A DNA stretch of 32,000 nucleotides, taken from assembly GCF_001457615.1 (NCBI RefSeq), contig NZ_LN831024.1, forward strand, positions 4,560,001 to 4,592,000, given 5' to 3'. Numbering within the stretch: the stretch's first letter is position 1; each line of letters opens with the position of its first letter. This document shows, piece by piece, positions 16,898 through 27,405 of the stretch. The notes under the pieces are model-generated. The model worked only from the letters and a program-made list of their open reading frames with translations. It made no database searches and was not told the DNA's origin. The translations under genes and the position numbers were made by a program. Source of the stretch: Pseudomonas aeruginosa. Lineage in GTDB: Bacteria; Pseudomonadota; Gammaproteobacteria; Pseudomonadales; Pseudomonadaceae.

Positions 16898-19366
16898 CTA
16901 CCGGAGGTTCTGTCCGAGGCTCGGCCACAGGCCCTGGGCATCCACTCCAGCCCCCGGAGGCTGGCGACTGAACGGCAGGGGCGCGCCGATGGCCAGGCCC
17001 TGGGCATAGTCGATGCCGATCTCGCGCAGCGCTTCCATGACTTCGACGGTCTCGACGAACTCCGCGATGGTACGTTTGCCCATCACGTGGCCGATATGGT
17101 TGATCACCTGGACCATGGCGCGATCGATGGGATCCTCGAGCATGTCCTTGACGAAGCTGCCATCGATCTTCAGGTAATCCACCGGCAGGTGCTTGAGGTA
17201 GATGAAGGACGACATGCCGGCGCAGAAATCGTCCAGGGAGAAACGACAGCCGGTGTCCTTGAGCTCGTTGATGAAGCGGATGGCGCTGGCCAGGTTGGCA
17301 ACCGCCACGGTTTCGGTGACCTCGAAGCAGATCGTCTGCGGCGGAATGCGGTAACGGGCGAACAGCTCGGTGAGGAACTGCAGGAACGACTCGTCGCCGA
17401 TGGTCGCGCCGGAGAGGTTGATGGCGCAGGTGCCGATCGGCTCGGCGCGAGGGTCCTGGGCGCGCTCGACAAGGGTGCGGAAGGCATTCTCCACCACCCA
17501 GCGATCGATCAGCGTCATCAGGCCGTAGCGCTCGGCGGCGGGTATGAAGCTCAGCGGCGGCACCAGGCGCCCGCCCTCGTCGCGCAGGCGCAGCAGCAGT
17601 TCGACGTGCAAGCCCTCCTCCGCGCCTTCGCCCAGCGGCACGATGGGCTGGGCATAGAGGCTGAAGCGGTCTTCCTCCAGCGCCAGGTGGATGCGCTGGA
17701 CCCAGGTCATCTCGCCGAAGCGCATCGACAGTTCGACGTCGTCCTGATGGAACACCTGGACCCGATTGCGCCCCTTTTCCTTGGCCATGTAGCAGGCCAT
17801 GTCGGCGGAGCGCAGTGCCTCCTCGAGGGTCGAGATACCCGGCAGCAGGTGCACCAGGCCGACGCTGACGGTGCAGTTGAACGGCTGCCCGCTCCAGGTG
17901 AAGTGCAGGTCCTGGACCGTCTTGCGCAGATGGTCGGCGATCTCCACGGCTTTTTCCGCCGGGCAGTTCTCCAGCAGGATGCCGAACTCGTCGCCGCCCA
18001 GCCGCGCCAGCGTGTCGCCCTCGCGCAAGCCTTGTTGCAGCAGGGTGCAGACCTGGCGCAGCAGTTCGTCGCCGGCGGCGTGGCCGCAGGTGTCGTTGAC
18101 CAGTTTGAACTGGTCCAGGTCGAGGAACATCAGGGCGTGCCGCCCGCTGTTGCGCTCCAGGCGTTCCAGCGCTATCTGCAGGCGATACTCGAACTCGCGG
18201 CGGTTGGTCAGCCCGGTCAACGCATCGTGGGTCGCCTGCCAGGACAGGCGCGCCATATACTGGCGCTCGCGGGTCATGTCGTGAAGCACCAGGACCACCC
18301 CGGTGATCTCGCCGCCGCGATGGATCGGCGCGCCCACCAGGGTCACCGGCACGCTGCTGCCGTCGTGGCGCAGGACCAGCTTGGAATGCTCGCGGCCGCC
18401 GTCGATCTCGCCGCTGAGGATCTGCTCGATCAGCAGCATGCCCTCCTCCCGCGAGCTTTCGTCGACGATCCGGAACAGCGACGCCAGGGGCAGGCCGCGG
18501 GCCTTGTCCAGCGTCCAGTTGGTCATCTGCTCGGCGGCCGGGTTGAGGTAGGAAATGCCCCCCTGGGTGTCGGCGGTGATCACTCCGTCGCCGATCGAGG
18601 CCAGGGTGATCTGGGCCCGTTCGCGCTCGGCATCGAGGGCGTTCTCCACTTCCTGGCGCTGCATCAGTTGTTGCCGGGTACGCAGGAACGCCAGGAGGAT
18701 GAGCACGCTGGCGGTGGTCAGGTTGGCCACCAGCAGCAGCCTGAGCAAGGCCCGCGAGCCCTCGCCGAGGGCGTCGCTGAAGGCCTTGGCCGCCGGCGTG
18801 ACCTTCTCGTTGATCGCGTGGATCTCGGTCTTCCACTGTTGCACCTGCTCGGCACTGGCCTGCCCGGTGCCGATGCCCGCGCGCATCTTGCCGGCGACGT
18901 CGATCAGTTCCATGACGTACTTGTCGCCCACCAGCCACAGCTCGATGGCGCGCTCGAAGTAACTGAAGTCGTGGAAGTTGCGGTACAGCCAGATGATCGC
19001 GGTAACGTCGTCGGCATGGTTGCCGCCCTTGAGGATGCCCTGGCGGGCCGCCTCGATGTCCGGGTCGGGCTGGTCCAGGGCAAGGCGCATCTCGCGGTCG
19101 CCGAGGGGGATCGCGATGGCCTCCTCGTAGCGGCGGAAGTCTTCGTCGGCGCGTGAGTCGGCATAGAGGGTGAGGTAGTAGATGGCATCCTTCTGGCCCT
19201 TCGACCAGAGGCTTTCGCCGCCGACATAGCTGCGCACCGCGGAGAGGACGTAGAGACTGCCGCCCGCCAGCATGGCCTGCAGCAGCACCACGACGATGAA
19301 GGGCCATACCAGGCCGAGCAGGCGGGGCTTGTCGAGAGTCCGGTTCTGCCTCATTCCATCTACCAT
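16898..19366 (-). CDS. rbdA: Membrane-anchored PAS-GGDEF-EAL c-di-GMP phosphodiesterase RbdA
   Basis: Two N-terminal TM segments flank a periplasmic domain. It has a PAS domain, an intact GGDEF with an RxxD I-site (REGD-5 aa-GGDEF), and EAL-domain motifs (ELLLR, DDFCAG, KIDGSF). The alternative ATG at 19354 (MRQNRTLDK) is equally plausible. Confidence 0.9.
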   Translation of the reverse strand: MVDGMRQNRTLDKPRLLGLVWPFIVVVLLQAMLAGGSLYVLSAVRSYVGGESLWSKGQKDAIYYLTLYADSRADEDFRRYEEAIAIPLGDREMRLALDQPDPDIEAARQGILKGGNHADDVTAIIWLYRNFHDFSYFERAIELWLVGDKYVMELIDVAGKMRAGIGTGQASAEQVQQWKTEIHAINEKVTPAAKAFSDALGEGSRALLRLLLVANLTTASVLILLAFLRTRQQLMQRQEVENALDAERERAQITLASIGDGVITADTQGGISYLNPAAEQMTNWTLDKARGLPLASLFRIVDESSREEGMLLIEQILSGEIDGGREHSKLVLRHDGSSVPVTLVGAPIHRGGEITGVVLVLHDMTRERQYMARLSWQATHDALTGLTNRREFEYRLQIALERLERNSGRHALMFLDLDQFKLVNDTCGHAAGDELLRQVCTLLQQGLREGDTLARLGGDEFGILLENCPAEKAVEIADHLRKTVQDLHFTWSGQPFNCTVSVGLVHLLPGISTLEEALRSADMACYMAKEKGRNRVQVFHQDDVELSMRFGEMTWVQRIHLALEEDRFSLYAQPIVPLGEGAEEGLHVELLLRLRDEGGRLVPPLSFIPAAERYGLMTLIDRWVVENAFRTLVERAQDPRAEPIGTCAINLSGATIGDESFLQFLTELFARYRIPPQTICFEVTETVAVANLASAIRFINELKDTGCRFSLDDFCAGMSSFIYLKHLPVDYLKIDGSFVKDMLEDPIDRAMVQVINHIGHVMGKRTIAEFVETVEVMEALREIGIDYAQGLAIGAPLPFSRQPPGAGVDAQGLWPSLGQNLR

Positions 19367-19502
19367 TCAAACTGGCGCTAAGCGATCGGGCGCCGTCTCC
19401 GTCGCCCCTGACTGCATCACCTGTCGGCCGCTCAAGATCCCGTCGCAGAACTCCCGAGGCCTTGCCTGCCGGCAGCCACGACGCTGGAGGAGGCGGACAC
19501 CC

Positions 19503-19534
19503 GGCAAACAGTAGGAGTCTAGTGGCTGTTTGCC
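19503..19534. other. Inverted repeat GGCAAACAG-N14-CTGTTTGCC upstream of rbdA
   Basis: Perfect 9-bp arms were read directly, about 140-170 bp upstream of the rbdA start. Confidence 0.4.
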
Positions 19535-19566
19535 GAACCTGCCCTGCACCTGGCGGAACAGACAGC

Positions 19567-19594
19567 GTTTTTTATTGCCGCAGCCAATAAAAAC
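19567..19594. other. AT-rich hairpin or operator TTTTTATTG-N7-CAATAAAAA
   Basis: 9-bp arms within a conspicuously AT-rich tract (19567-19625). The tract also holds TATATGGAATATA. Confidence 0.4.
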
Positions 19595-19618
19595 CGGATG
19601 TCTTATATGGAATATACG

Positions 19619-19646
19619 AGAAAAACCGCCAGGCGACAGCCTGGCG
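19619..19646 (-). terminator. Rho-independent terminator of the trhO-dsbA-like-ABC operon
   Basis: Minus strand: CGCCAGGC-tgtc-GCCTGGCG followed by GTTTTTCT, starting immediately after the ABC stop codon. Confidence 0.8.
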
Positions 19647-19648
19647 CC

Positions 19649-21439
19649 TCACATCTGTTGCAGATGTCCGTAGAGCCGGGCGTAGAGGCCGCCTTCGGCG
19701 ATCAGTTGCTGGTGGTCGCCGTCTTCGGCGATATGCCCGCCATCGAAGACCAGGACCCGGTCGGCCTGCTTCACCGCCGACAGCCGATGAGCCACGATCA
19801 ATGTGGTGCGGCCTTCGAGGAAGTCGCCGAGCGCCTGGTGCAGGGCGTACTCGGTAGCGGCGTCGAGGGCCGAGGTGGCCTCGTCGAGGATCACCACCTT
19901 GGGCTCGGCGAGGATCATCCGGGCGATCGCCAGGCGCTGCCGCTGACCGCCCGACAGGCGCACCCCGGAACGCCCGACCACGGTGTCCAGCCCCTGCGGC
20001 AGGCGCCGCACGCCGTCGGCCAACTGGGCGATCTCCAAAGCCCGCCAGCAGGCCTGGTCGCTGCGTTCGCGGCCCATGGTCAGGTTGGCCCGCACGCTGT
20101 CGTTGAACAGCGCCGGATGCTGGAGGACCACCGCGACATGTTCGCGCACGCAGTCCAGGCCGATTTCCTCCAGGGGCACCCCGCCGTAGCGGATGCTGCC
20201 GCGCTGCGCACTGTAGAGGCCGAGTAGCAGTTGCACCAGCGTGCTCTTGCCGCCGCCGCTGGCGCCGACCAGGGCAACCTTCTCGCCGGCGCCGATGTTC
20301 AGGTCCAACTGCTCCAGGACCTTGTCCTCGCCGTAGGCGAAATCCAGCCCGCGCACCTCGATGCCAACGGTCGTGCGGCCGGCGAACGGATCGCGCAGCG
20401 GCGGGTAGCGCGGCTCGTCGGCCCGCGCCAGCAACTCGTTGATCCGCTGCAACGCGCCGCCAGCGGCGTAGTAGGCGTATTGCAGGCCGAGCAGCTGTTC
20501 GACCGGACCGATCATGAACCAGAGGTAGCTGAACACCGCGAGCATCTGGCCGATCGACAGGTCCGAGAGCAGCACGGTAAGCATCGCCGCGGCGCGGAAC
20601 ACATCGATGCCGAACTGGAACAGCAGGCCGCTGGCGCGCCCGGCGGCGTCGCTTTTCCATTGCGAGGCCACGGCGTAGTCGCGGACTTCCTGGGCGCGGT
20701 GGCCGAGGCGGCCGAGGAAATAGCCCTGGCGATTGCCGGCGCGGACTTCCTGGATCGCCTCGAGGGTCTCGGTGAGCGCCTGGGTGAAGCGCGCGGTGCT
20801 GTCGTTCTCGAGCTTCTTGAGGTGCTTGACGCGCTTGCCCAGTTGTACCGTGGACCAGATCACCAGCGGGTTGAACAGCAGGATCAGCAAGGCCAGCTGC
20901 CAGTGCATCCAGACCAAGATCGCGGCGGTGCCGAGCAGCGTCAGCAAGGCGACCAGGAAGCGGCTGAGGGTTTCCCCGACGAACTTGTCCAGGGTATCCA
21001 GGTCGGTGACCAGGTGGGCGCTGATCGACCCGCCGCCGAGGGTTTCGTATTCGCCCAGGGCGATATGCCGGAGGCGCTCGATCAGACGCAGGCGGATGCG
21101 GTAGACGATGTCCTTGGACAGCCGCGCGAACAGCTTCGCCTGGAGCACGTTGAACACCAGCGCCGCCCCCCGCAACAGGAGGGTCGCCGCCAGCATCAGG
21201 CCGATGTAGCCGAACGCCACCTGCCAGTCGGCGGGCAACAGGCGGTCCATGAAACGCAGCGCGCCGTCGCCCTTGCCGAGCAGCACTTCGTCCACCAGCA
21301 ACGGCAGCAGCAAGGGGATCGGCACGGTGCAGAGGGTGGCCAGCACCGCCACCAGGTTGGCGAGCAACAGGGCTTTCTTGTGGCGCAGTGCGAGTCGACG
21401 AATCTCCGCCCAGCTCAGGCGGTCTCCGCGCTCACTCAT
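19649..21439 (-). CDS. ABC exporter, fused permease-ATPase (PA0860-like)
   Basis: 596 aa from the ATG at 21439 (MSERGDRLSW). It has a 6-TM domain followed by Walker A GASGGGKST, signature LSGGQRQR and Walker B VVILDEATSALD. The track ORF extension to 21697 overlaps the upstream gene in another frame. Confidence 0.85.
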   Translation of the reverse strand: MSERGDRLSWAEIRRLALRHKKALLLANLVAVLATLCTVPIPLLLPLLVDEVLLGKGDGALRFMDRLLPADWQVAFGYIGLMLAATLLLRGAALVFNVLQAKLFARLSKDIVYRIRLRLIERLRHIALGEYETLGGGSISAHLVTDLDTLDKFVGETLSRFLVALLTLLGTAAILVWMHWQLALLILLFNPLVIWSTVQLGKRVKHLKKLENDSTARFTQALTETLEAIQEVRAGNRQGYFLGRLGHRAQEVRDYAVASQWKSDAAGRASGLLFQFGIDVFRAAAMLTVLLSDLSIGQMLAVFSYLWFMIGPVEQLLGLQYAYYAAGGALQRINELLARADEPRYPPLRDPFAGRTTVGIEVRGLDFAYGEDKVLEQLDLNIGAGEKVALVGASGGGKSTLVQLLLGLYSAQRGSIRYGGVPLEEIGLDCVREHVAVVLQHPALFNDSVRANLTMGRERSDQACWRALEIAQLADGVRRLPQGLDTVVGRSGVRLSGGQRQRLAIARMILAEPKVVILDEATSALDAATEYALHQALGDFLEGRTTLIVAHRLSAVKQADRVLVFDGGHIAEDGDHQQLIAEGGLYARLYGHLQQM

Positions 21440-22070
21440 GCCGGCCCCGTTCCAGCCAGCGGCCGAGCAAGGGTGAAAGTTCGGCAAGCGGCTGGTAGCC
21501 GTTGGTGAGCAACGCCAGTTGGCCGTTGCGCTCGGCCAGCAGGGTCGGGAACCCGGCGATGCCAAGGTCCTGGACCCAGGCGAAATCGGCGGCGGTGGCG
21601 TCACGCGCCTCGCCGCTGTCGAAGGCCGCGGCGAACTCGATGCGTGGAATTCCCACCGCTTCCGCCAGGCCGGCGAGCACCGCCGCCTGGGTGACATCGC
21701 GACCCTCGGCGTAGAACGCCCGCTGGATCGCCCTTACCAGCGGCCAGGCGCTTTCCTCGTCGAGGCTGCGCGCCGCCACCAGGGCCCGGCAGGCCGGCTC
21801 GGTGTCATAGACGAAGCCTTCGGGCAACGCGTCGTCGAAGCGGAACGGCTGGCCGGTGGTCTGCTGCACGGTCTGCCAGTGGCCGAGGATGTAGCCGCGG
21901 GTATTCGGGTCGAGCGCCGCGCCGTGGCCGGCGCGCAGGCCACCGGCTACCAGGTGGAAAGCGACGCCGTCGGCGGCCGCCTGCCGGGACAGCGCCTCGG
22001 CGACCGGGGCGAAGCCCCAGCACCAGGAGCACATGGGGTCCATCACGTACAGCAGGCGGGCCTTGGCCAA
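21432..22070 (-). CDS. Cytoplasmic DsbA-family thioredoxin-fold protein (CSWC active site; PA0859-like)
   Basis: 212 aa with no signal peptide. The CxxC motif lies in LLYVMDPMCSWCWGF. The TTG start is 3 nt after the trhO stop, and its stop overlaps the ABC ATG by 8 nt. Confidence 0.8.
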   Translation of the reverse strand: MAKARLLYVMDPMCSWCWGFAPVAEALSRQAAADGVAFHLVAGGLRAGHGAALDPNTRGYILGHWQTVQQTTGQPFRFDDALPEGFVYDTEPACRALVAARSLDEESAWPLVRAIQRAFYAEGRDVTQAAVLAGLAEAVGIPRIEFAAAFDSGEARDATAADFAWVQDLGIAGFPTLLAERNGQLALLTNGYQPLAELSPLLGRWLERGRHE

Positions 22071-22073
22071 GGT

Positions 22074-23012
22074 TCAGTTCTCCAGCGTGGACTGGCGCGG
22101 ATCGCGACCGAGCGGGTGCGGCTGGTTGCGCTGCCGCGCCAGTTCGATCTGTTTCTGCCGCTCGCGGGCGCCGGCGCGGGTCTTCTCGCTCAGCGAGTCC
22201 CAGCAGTGCGGACAGCTGATGCCGGGCACGTAGTGCTCGGACTGGCGGTCCTCCAGCGAAACCGGGTTGCGGCAGGCGTGGCACTGATCGTACTCGCCCT
22301 CGCTAAGATCGTGGCGCACGGTCACGCGGTTGTCGAATACGAAGCAGTCGCCGCGCCACAGGCTCTGTTCCTGCGGCACCTCTTCGAGGTACTTGAGGAT
22401 GCCGCCCTTGAGGTGGAAGACCTCCTCGAAACCGGCGCCGAGCATGTAGCTGGAAGCCTTCTCGCAGCGGATGCCGCCGGTGCAGAACATCGCCACCTTC
22501 TTGTGCCGCGCCGGGTCGTAGTGGGCCTTGATGTACTCGGGGAACTCGCGGAACGACCTGGTCTTCGGATCGACCGCGCCCTCGAAGGTGCCGATCGCCA
22601 CCTCGTAGTCGTTGCGGGTATCGATCAGCAGGACTTCCGGATCGCTGATCAGGGCATTCCAGTCCTTCGCCTCGACATACTGGCCGACCTGCTTGTTCGG
22701 ATCGACGCCAGGCACGCCGAGGGTGACGATTTCCTTCTTCAGCTTGACCTTGGTGCGGTAGAAGGGCTGTTCGTCGCAGTAGGATTCCTTGTGCTCGATA
22801 TCGGCCAGCCGGGGATCGCTGCGCAGCCAGGCGAACAGCGCATCGATGCCTTCGCGGCTACCGGAGACGGTGCCGTTGATGCCTTCCTCGGCCAGCAGCA
22901 AGGTGCCTTTCACACCGTTGTCGAGCAGGGTTTGCAGCAGGGGTTCACGCAGCGCCACGTAATCGTCGAGAGTCACGAACTTGTACAGCGCCGCCACGAC
23001 GATGGATGTCAT
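22074..23012 (-). CDS. trhO: Rhodanese-domain tRNA uridine(34) hydroxylase TrhO/YceA family (PA0858-like)
   Basis: 312 aa from the ATG at 23012, with a GGAGG SD. The rhodanese active-site loop [12 protein letters not shown] and a C-terminal Cys cluster (CHACRNP...CPHC) are present. Confidence 0.85.
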
Positions 23013-23056
23013 GGGGATATAGCCTCCAGGTGGTCGCCCGCGTAAAGGGCGGACCG

Positions 23057-23082
23057 GAACGAAAAGCGCCAGCCGCTGGCGC
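23057..23082 (-). terminator. Rho-independent terminator (proximal to the trhO start)
   Basis: Minus strand: GCGCCA-gcggc-TGGCGC followed by TTTTCGTT. Confidence 0.65.
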
Positions 23083-23085
23083 CAT

Positions 23086-23115
23086 GGAAACGACAACGCC
23101 GGCGGAAGGCCGGCG
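23086..23115 (-). terminator. Rho-independent terminator after bolA
   Basis: Minus strand: CGCCGGC-cttcc-GCCGGCG followed by TTGTCGTTTCC. Confidence 0.55.
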
Positions 23116-23176
23116 CTGGGTGCGTAGTCTAGCGCAGCAGGGGCAGGCTCTGCACCCCGCCGCGACGGACGCCGTC

Positions 23177-23482
23177 TCAGGGTATGTCGTGCTTGCTCCC
23201 GCCGCGGCAGGTCGGCGAGGCCGGCACCGCAGCCTGGCTCCACTCCTCAGGGGTGAAGGTATGCAGCGCCAGGGCGTGGAACTCGCCCATCAACCCACCG
23301 AGGGTGGCATATACCTTCTGGTGCCGCTTCACCGCGTTCAACCCGGCGAACTGCGGGCTGACCAGCACCACCTTGAAGTGGGTCTCCAGCCCGCGGCTGT
23401 GCATGTGGCTCTCGTCGAGCACCTCGACGTGTTGCGGATCGAGGGGCTGCAGGGCGGTCTGGATACGGTCACGCATGCTCAT
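23177..23482 (-). CDS. bolA: BolA-family protein
   Basis: 101 aa. BolA-like core: [37 protein letters not shown]...[13 protein letters not shown]. Confidence 0.85.
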
Positions 23483-23495
23483 CGCGAATCACGAC

Positions 23496-24005
23496 TCACT
23501 TTTTCTTCTGGGCCGGCGCGGCGACGCCGAGTTCCTTGTCCATGTCGGCCATCAGCTTGTTCACCGGCTCGACGGCGCCTTGCAGCTTGGCCTGGGTCAG
23601 TTGGGCGGATTCGGCGGTCAGGCGCGGCATCTTCTCCAGCACCTTCTTGCCCAGCGGCGACTGGTAGAAGGCATTCAGGTCCTTCAGCTCGGACTCGGTG
23701 AAGTTGGTGGTGTAGAGCTTGATCAGCTCGGGCTTGATCTTGTCCCAGCCGATGGCGCGGTCCAGCTCGGCATTGGCCTTGGCCTGGTAACGCTCGAGAA
23801 CCGCCTTCTTGCTCTCCGGCGCCTTGGCCTGGGCGAAGCGCTGGGCCAGCATCTGCTGCACCTGGGCATAGACCGGGACCGTCAGCTTGTCAGCATGGAC
23901 CAGCTTGAGGAATTGCTCGGCCTGGCTGGCGGAATCGGCCATGGCCATGGCCATGGAGCTGAGGCTGAGCAGCACGGCGCTGCCGATGAGGCGAAGACGG
24001 GTCAT
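23496..24005 (-). CDS. Periplasmic DUF2059-family protein (PA0856-like)
   Basis: 169 aa from the ATG at 24005, with an AAGGA SD. It has a signal peptide (MTRLRLIGSAVLLSLSSMAMAMA) and the motif FTESELKDLNAFYQSPLGKKVLEKMP. It ends 13 bp upstream of bolA, so co-transcription is likely. Confidence 0.75.
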   Translation of the reverse strand: MTRLRLIGSAVLLSLSSMAMAMADSASQAEQFLKLVHADKLTVPVYAQVQQMLAQRFAQAKAPESKKAVLERYQAKANAELDRAIGWDKIKPELIKLYTTNFTESELKDLNAFYQSPLGKKVLEKMPRLTAESAQLTQAKLQGAVEPVNKLMADMDKELGVAAPAQKKK

Positions 24006-24217
24006 GGAAAATCCTTGAGGTTGGGTAGATGTGTCCGTGGGACCCGACATTCTGCGCCTAAGTTCGAAATCCGCTCAAGCGCGGCGCCGAATATCGGGAG
24101 AATCCTATCCGGCGCCCGCCCGCTCCATGCCGTCTACTATCAGTTCTGTAGTGGGTACTTGCCGCCTTCCTTCCGCAGCCGGCATGCTTGCGTCAGCCTG
24201 TCACATGGATGTGTTAG

Positions 24218-25237
24218 ATGAACGGAACCGCCGCCGATACCCTCGCCGTATCGCCCCCGCCCCTGCGCAACCTCTGCGACAGCCACGGCCGGCTCGATCC
24301 CCGGGCGGTCGGCTGGTCCGCCCGGCCGCGGGTGCTCTGCCACATCCCCGGCCACTTCGGCCGGCGCAAGCGCTGGAACCACTGGTGCATCGTCAGCCCC
24401 GGCTGGATGCTCTCGCTGACCATCGCCGACCTCGACTACCTGACCTACGGCGCCGCCTATTTCCTCGACCTGGACAGCGGCCAGGCGGTAGCGCACACGC
24501 AGATCCGCTTCTTCGGCCTCGGCTGCCAGTTGCCCGACGAGCCGCAGGCCAGCCATGCCTTCGAGCATCCCCGCCTGCAATTGCGCTTCGACGAACAGCC
24601 CGGGCGCCTGCGCGTCACCGGCCAGGCCCCGGACCTCGGTGGCCTGCCGCTGGAGCTGGCGCTGGAAGTGCGACGACCGTCGCACCTGGAGTCGGTGAAC
24701 CTGGTGGTGCCGATGGGCGAACACACCTTCCATGCCTGCAGCCGCCAGCTCGGCCTGCCGATCAGCGGCTGCCTGCAGCTCGGCCGCCGACGCTACGACT
24801 GCCAGGCGGGCCAGAGCTTCGCCGCGCTGGACTTCGGCCGCGGCGTCTGGCCGCTGCATACCTACTGGACCCGCGCCGCCTTCGCCGCCCCCGGCGGCAT
24901 CGCCGGCAACTTCGGCACCGGCTGGACCGAAGCCAGCGACCTGCGCGAGAACGCCCTGTGGTTCGGCGGCAAGCTCAGCCGCGTGCTCGACGACGTGCAC
25001 ATCCGCGAGCCTCGCGACCCGCTGGCCGAATGGCGCCTGGACAGCGCCTGCGGTCGCGTCGAGCTGCTCTTCCGTCCCGAACAGCTGCACCAGGCGCGGC
25101 CCAGCGTCGGCCTGTTCTATGCCAATACCCGCCAGTGGTTCGGCCGTTTCAACGGCACCCTGCGCCACGACGACGGCGACTGCGTGCCGGTGGACGGCGC
25201 CCTCGGCTGGATCGGTTCGACCCGCGCGCGCTGGTGA
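24218..25237 (+). CDS. DUF2804-family protein (PA0855-like)
   Basis: 339-aa ORF with good GC3 bias. The family assignment is from memory of the KRWNHWCI...YLTYGAAYFLD region. Confidence 0.75.
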   Translation: MNGTAADTLAVSPPPLRNLCDSHGRLDPRAVGWSARPRVLCHIPGHFGRRKRWNHWCIVSPGWMLSLTIADLDYLTYGAAYFLDLDSGQAVAHTQIRFFGLGCQLPDEPQASHAFEHPRLQLRFDEQPGRLRVTGQAPDLGGLPLELALEVRRPSHLESVNLVVPMGEHTFHACSRQLGLPISGCLQLGRRRYDCQAGQSFAALDFGRGVWPLHTYWTRAAFAAPGGIAGNFGTGWTEASDLRENALWFGGKLSRVLDDVHIREPRDPLAEWRLDSACGRVELLFRPEQLHQARPSVGLFYANTRQWFGRFNGTLRHDDGDCVPVDGALGWIGSTRARW

Positions 25238-25365
25238 GGCCGGCGGCGGGCAATCTATTTCCGACCCGCAGCGCGGCGAAAAATGCCCACGAGGAAGCGA
25301 CGGCAGCGGAACCCAAGGCGGGAGCGAAGGCCTAAACTGCCGGATACGCACCCTGGAGAACACTC

Positions 25366-26752
<1,387 letters not shown>

Positions 26753-26760
<8 letters not shown>

Positions 26761-27376
26761 AACCGCCAAGACCGGCGCCACCCCGCTGGAAGGCGACGGC
26801 AAGCGCATCCTGCTGATCGTCGGCTCGCCCAAGCGCAAGAGCTTCTGCCACCTGCTCGCCGAATGCTACGCCCAGGGCGCGCGCAGCAAGGATCACGTGG
26901 TGCGCGAACTGAAGCTGGGCGAGCTGGCCTTCGACCCGATCCTCCACGAAGGCTACGAACAGAGCCAGGTGCTCGAACCCGACCTGCTGGAAGCGCAGCG
27001 GCAGATCCACTGGGCCGAGCACCTGGTGTTCGTCTACCCGGTCTGGTGGGGCGGCCTGCCGGCGCTGCTGCAGGGCTTCTTCGACCGCGCCCTGCAGCCG
27101 GGCTTCGCCTTCCGCTACCGCGGCACCCAGGACAAGGACTGGGAGCAACTGCTGGGCGGGCGCAGCGCCGACCTGCTGGTCTGCCACGACCAGCCGCTGT
27201 CGCGGCTGCGCTTCCTCAAGGGCCCGCCGGCGCACCGGCAGATGGTGCGCAGCGTGCTCGGCGCCTGTGGCATCGCCACCCGCCGCCTGGAAGAGTTCGC
27301 GCCGATGCGCAGTTCCAGCGAGGAACAGCGCCAGGGCTGGCTGCGTCGCGCCGAACAGCTCGGCAGCCAGGTCTAG
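26753..27376 (+). CDS. Flavodoxin-like-fold NAD(P)H dehydrogenase (quinone) (PA0853-like)
   Basis: 207 aa. Motifs [15 protein letters not shown] and [21 protein letters not shown] are present. Its ATG overlaps the fumC2 stop by 8 nt (ATGGTTGA). Confidence 0.8.
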
Positions 27377-27385
27377 TTCCCTTCC

Positions 27386-27405
27386 CGCCCGGCTGCGGCC
27401 GGGCG
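27386..27405 (+). terminator. GC hairpin after the quinone reductase gene (CGCCCGGC-tgcg-GCCGGGCG), no U-tract
   Basis: An 8-bp perfect stem read directly. Confidence 0.35.

Noticed and set aside
16872-19370. 832-aa ORF in an alternative minus-strand frame over rbdA
   Set aside because: The PAS-GGDEF-EAL frame (16898-19366) has clear domain motifs. The alternative frame is an Arg/Pro/Gly-rich GC artefact.
19649-21697. 682-aa version of the ABC transporter ORF (N-terminal extension)
   Set aside because: The first 86 residues overlap the DsbA-like gene in another frame and look like off-frame sequence. The ATG at 21439 gives a canonical ABC exporter N-terminus and an overlap typical of translational coupling.
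22074-23243. 389-aa version of the trhO ORF, extending over two terminators and into bolA
   Set aside because: The extension is Arg/Pro-rich, crosses two intrinsic terminators and overlaps the bolA 3' end. The ATG at 23012 has a GGAGG SD and starts the conserved [13 protein letters not shown]-terminus.
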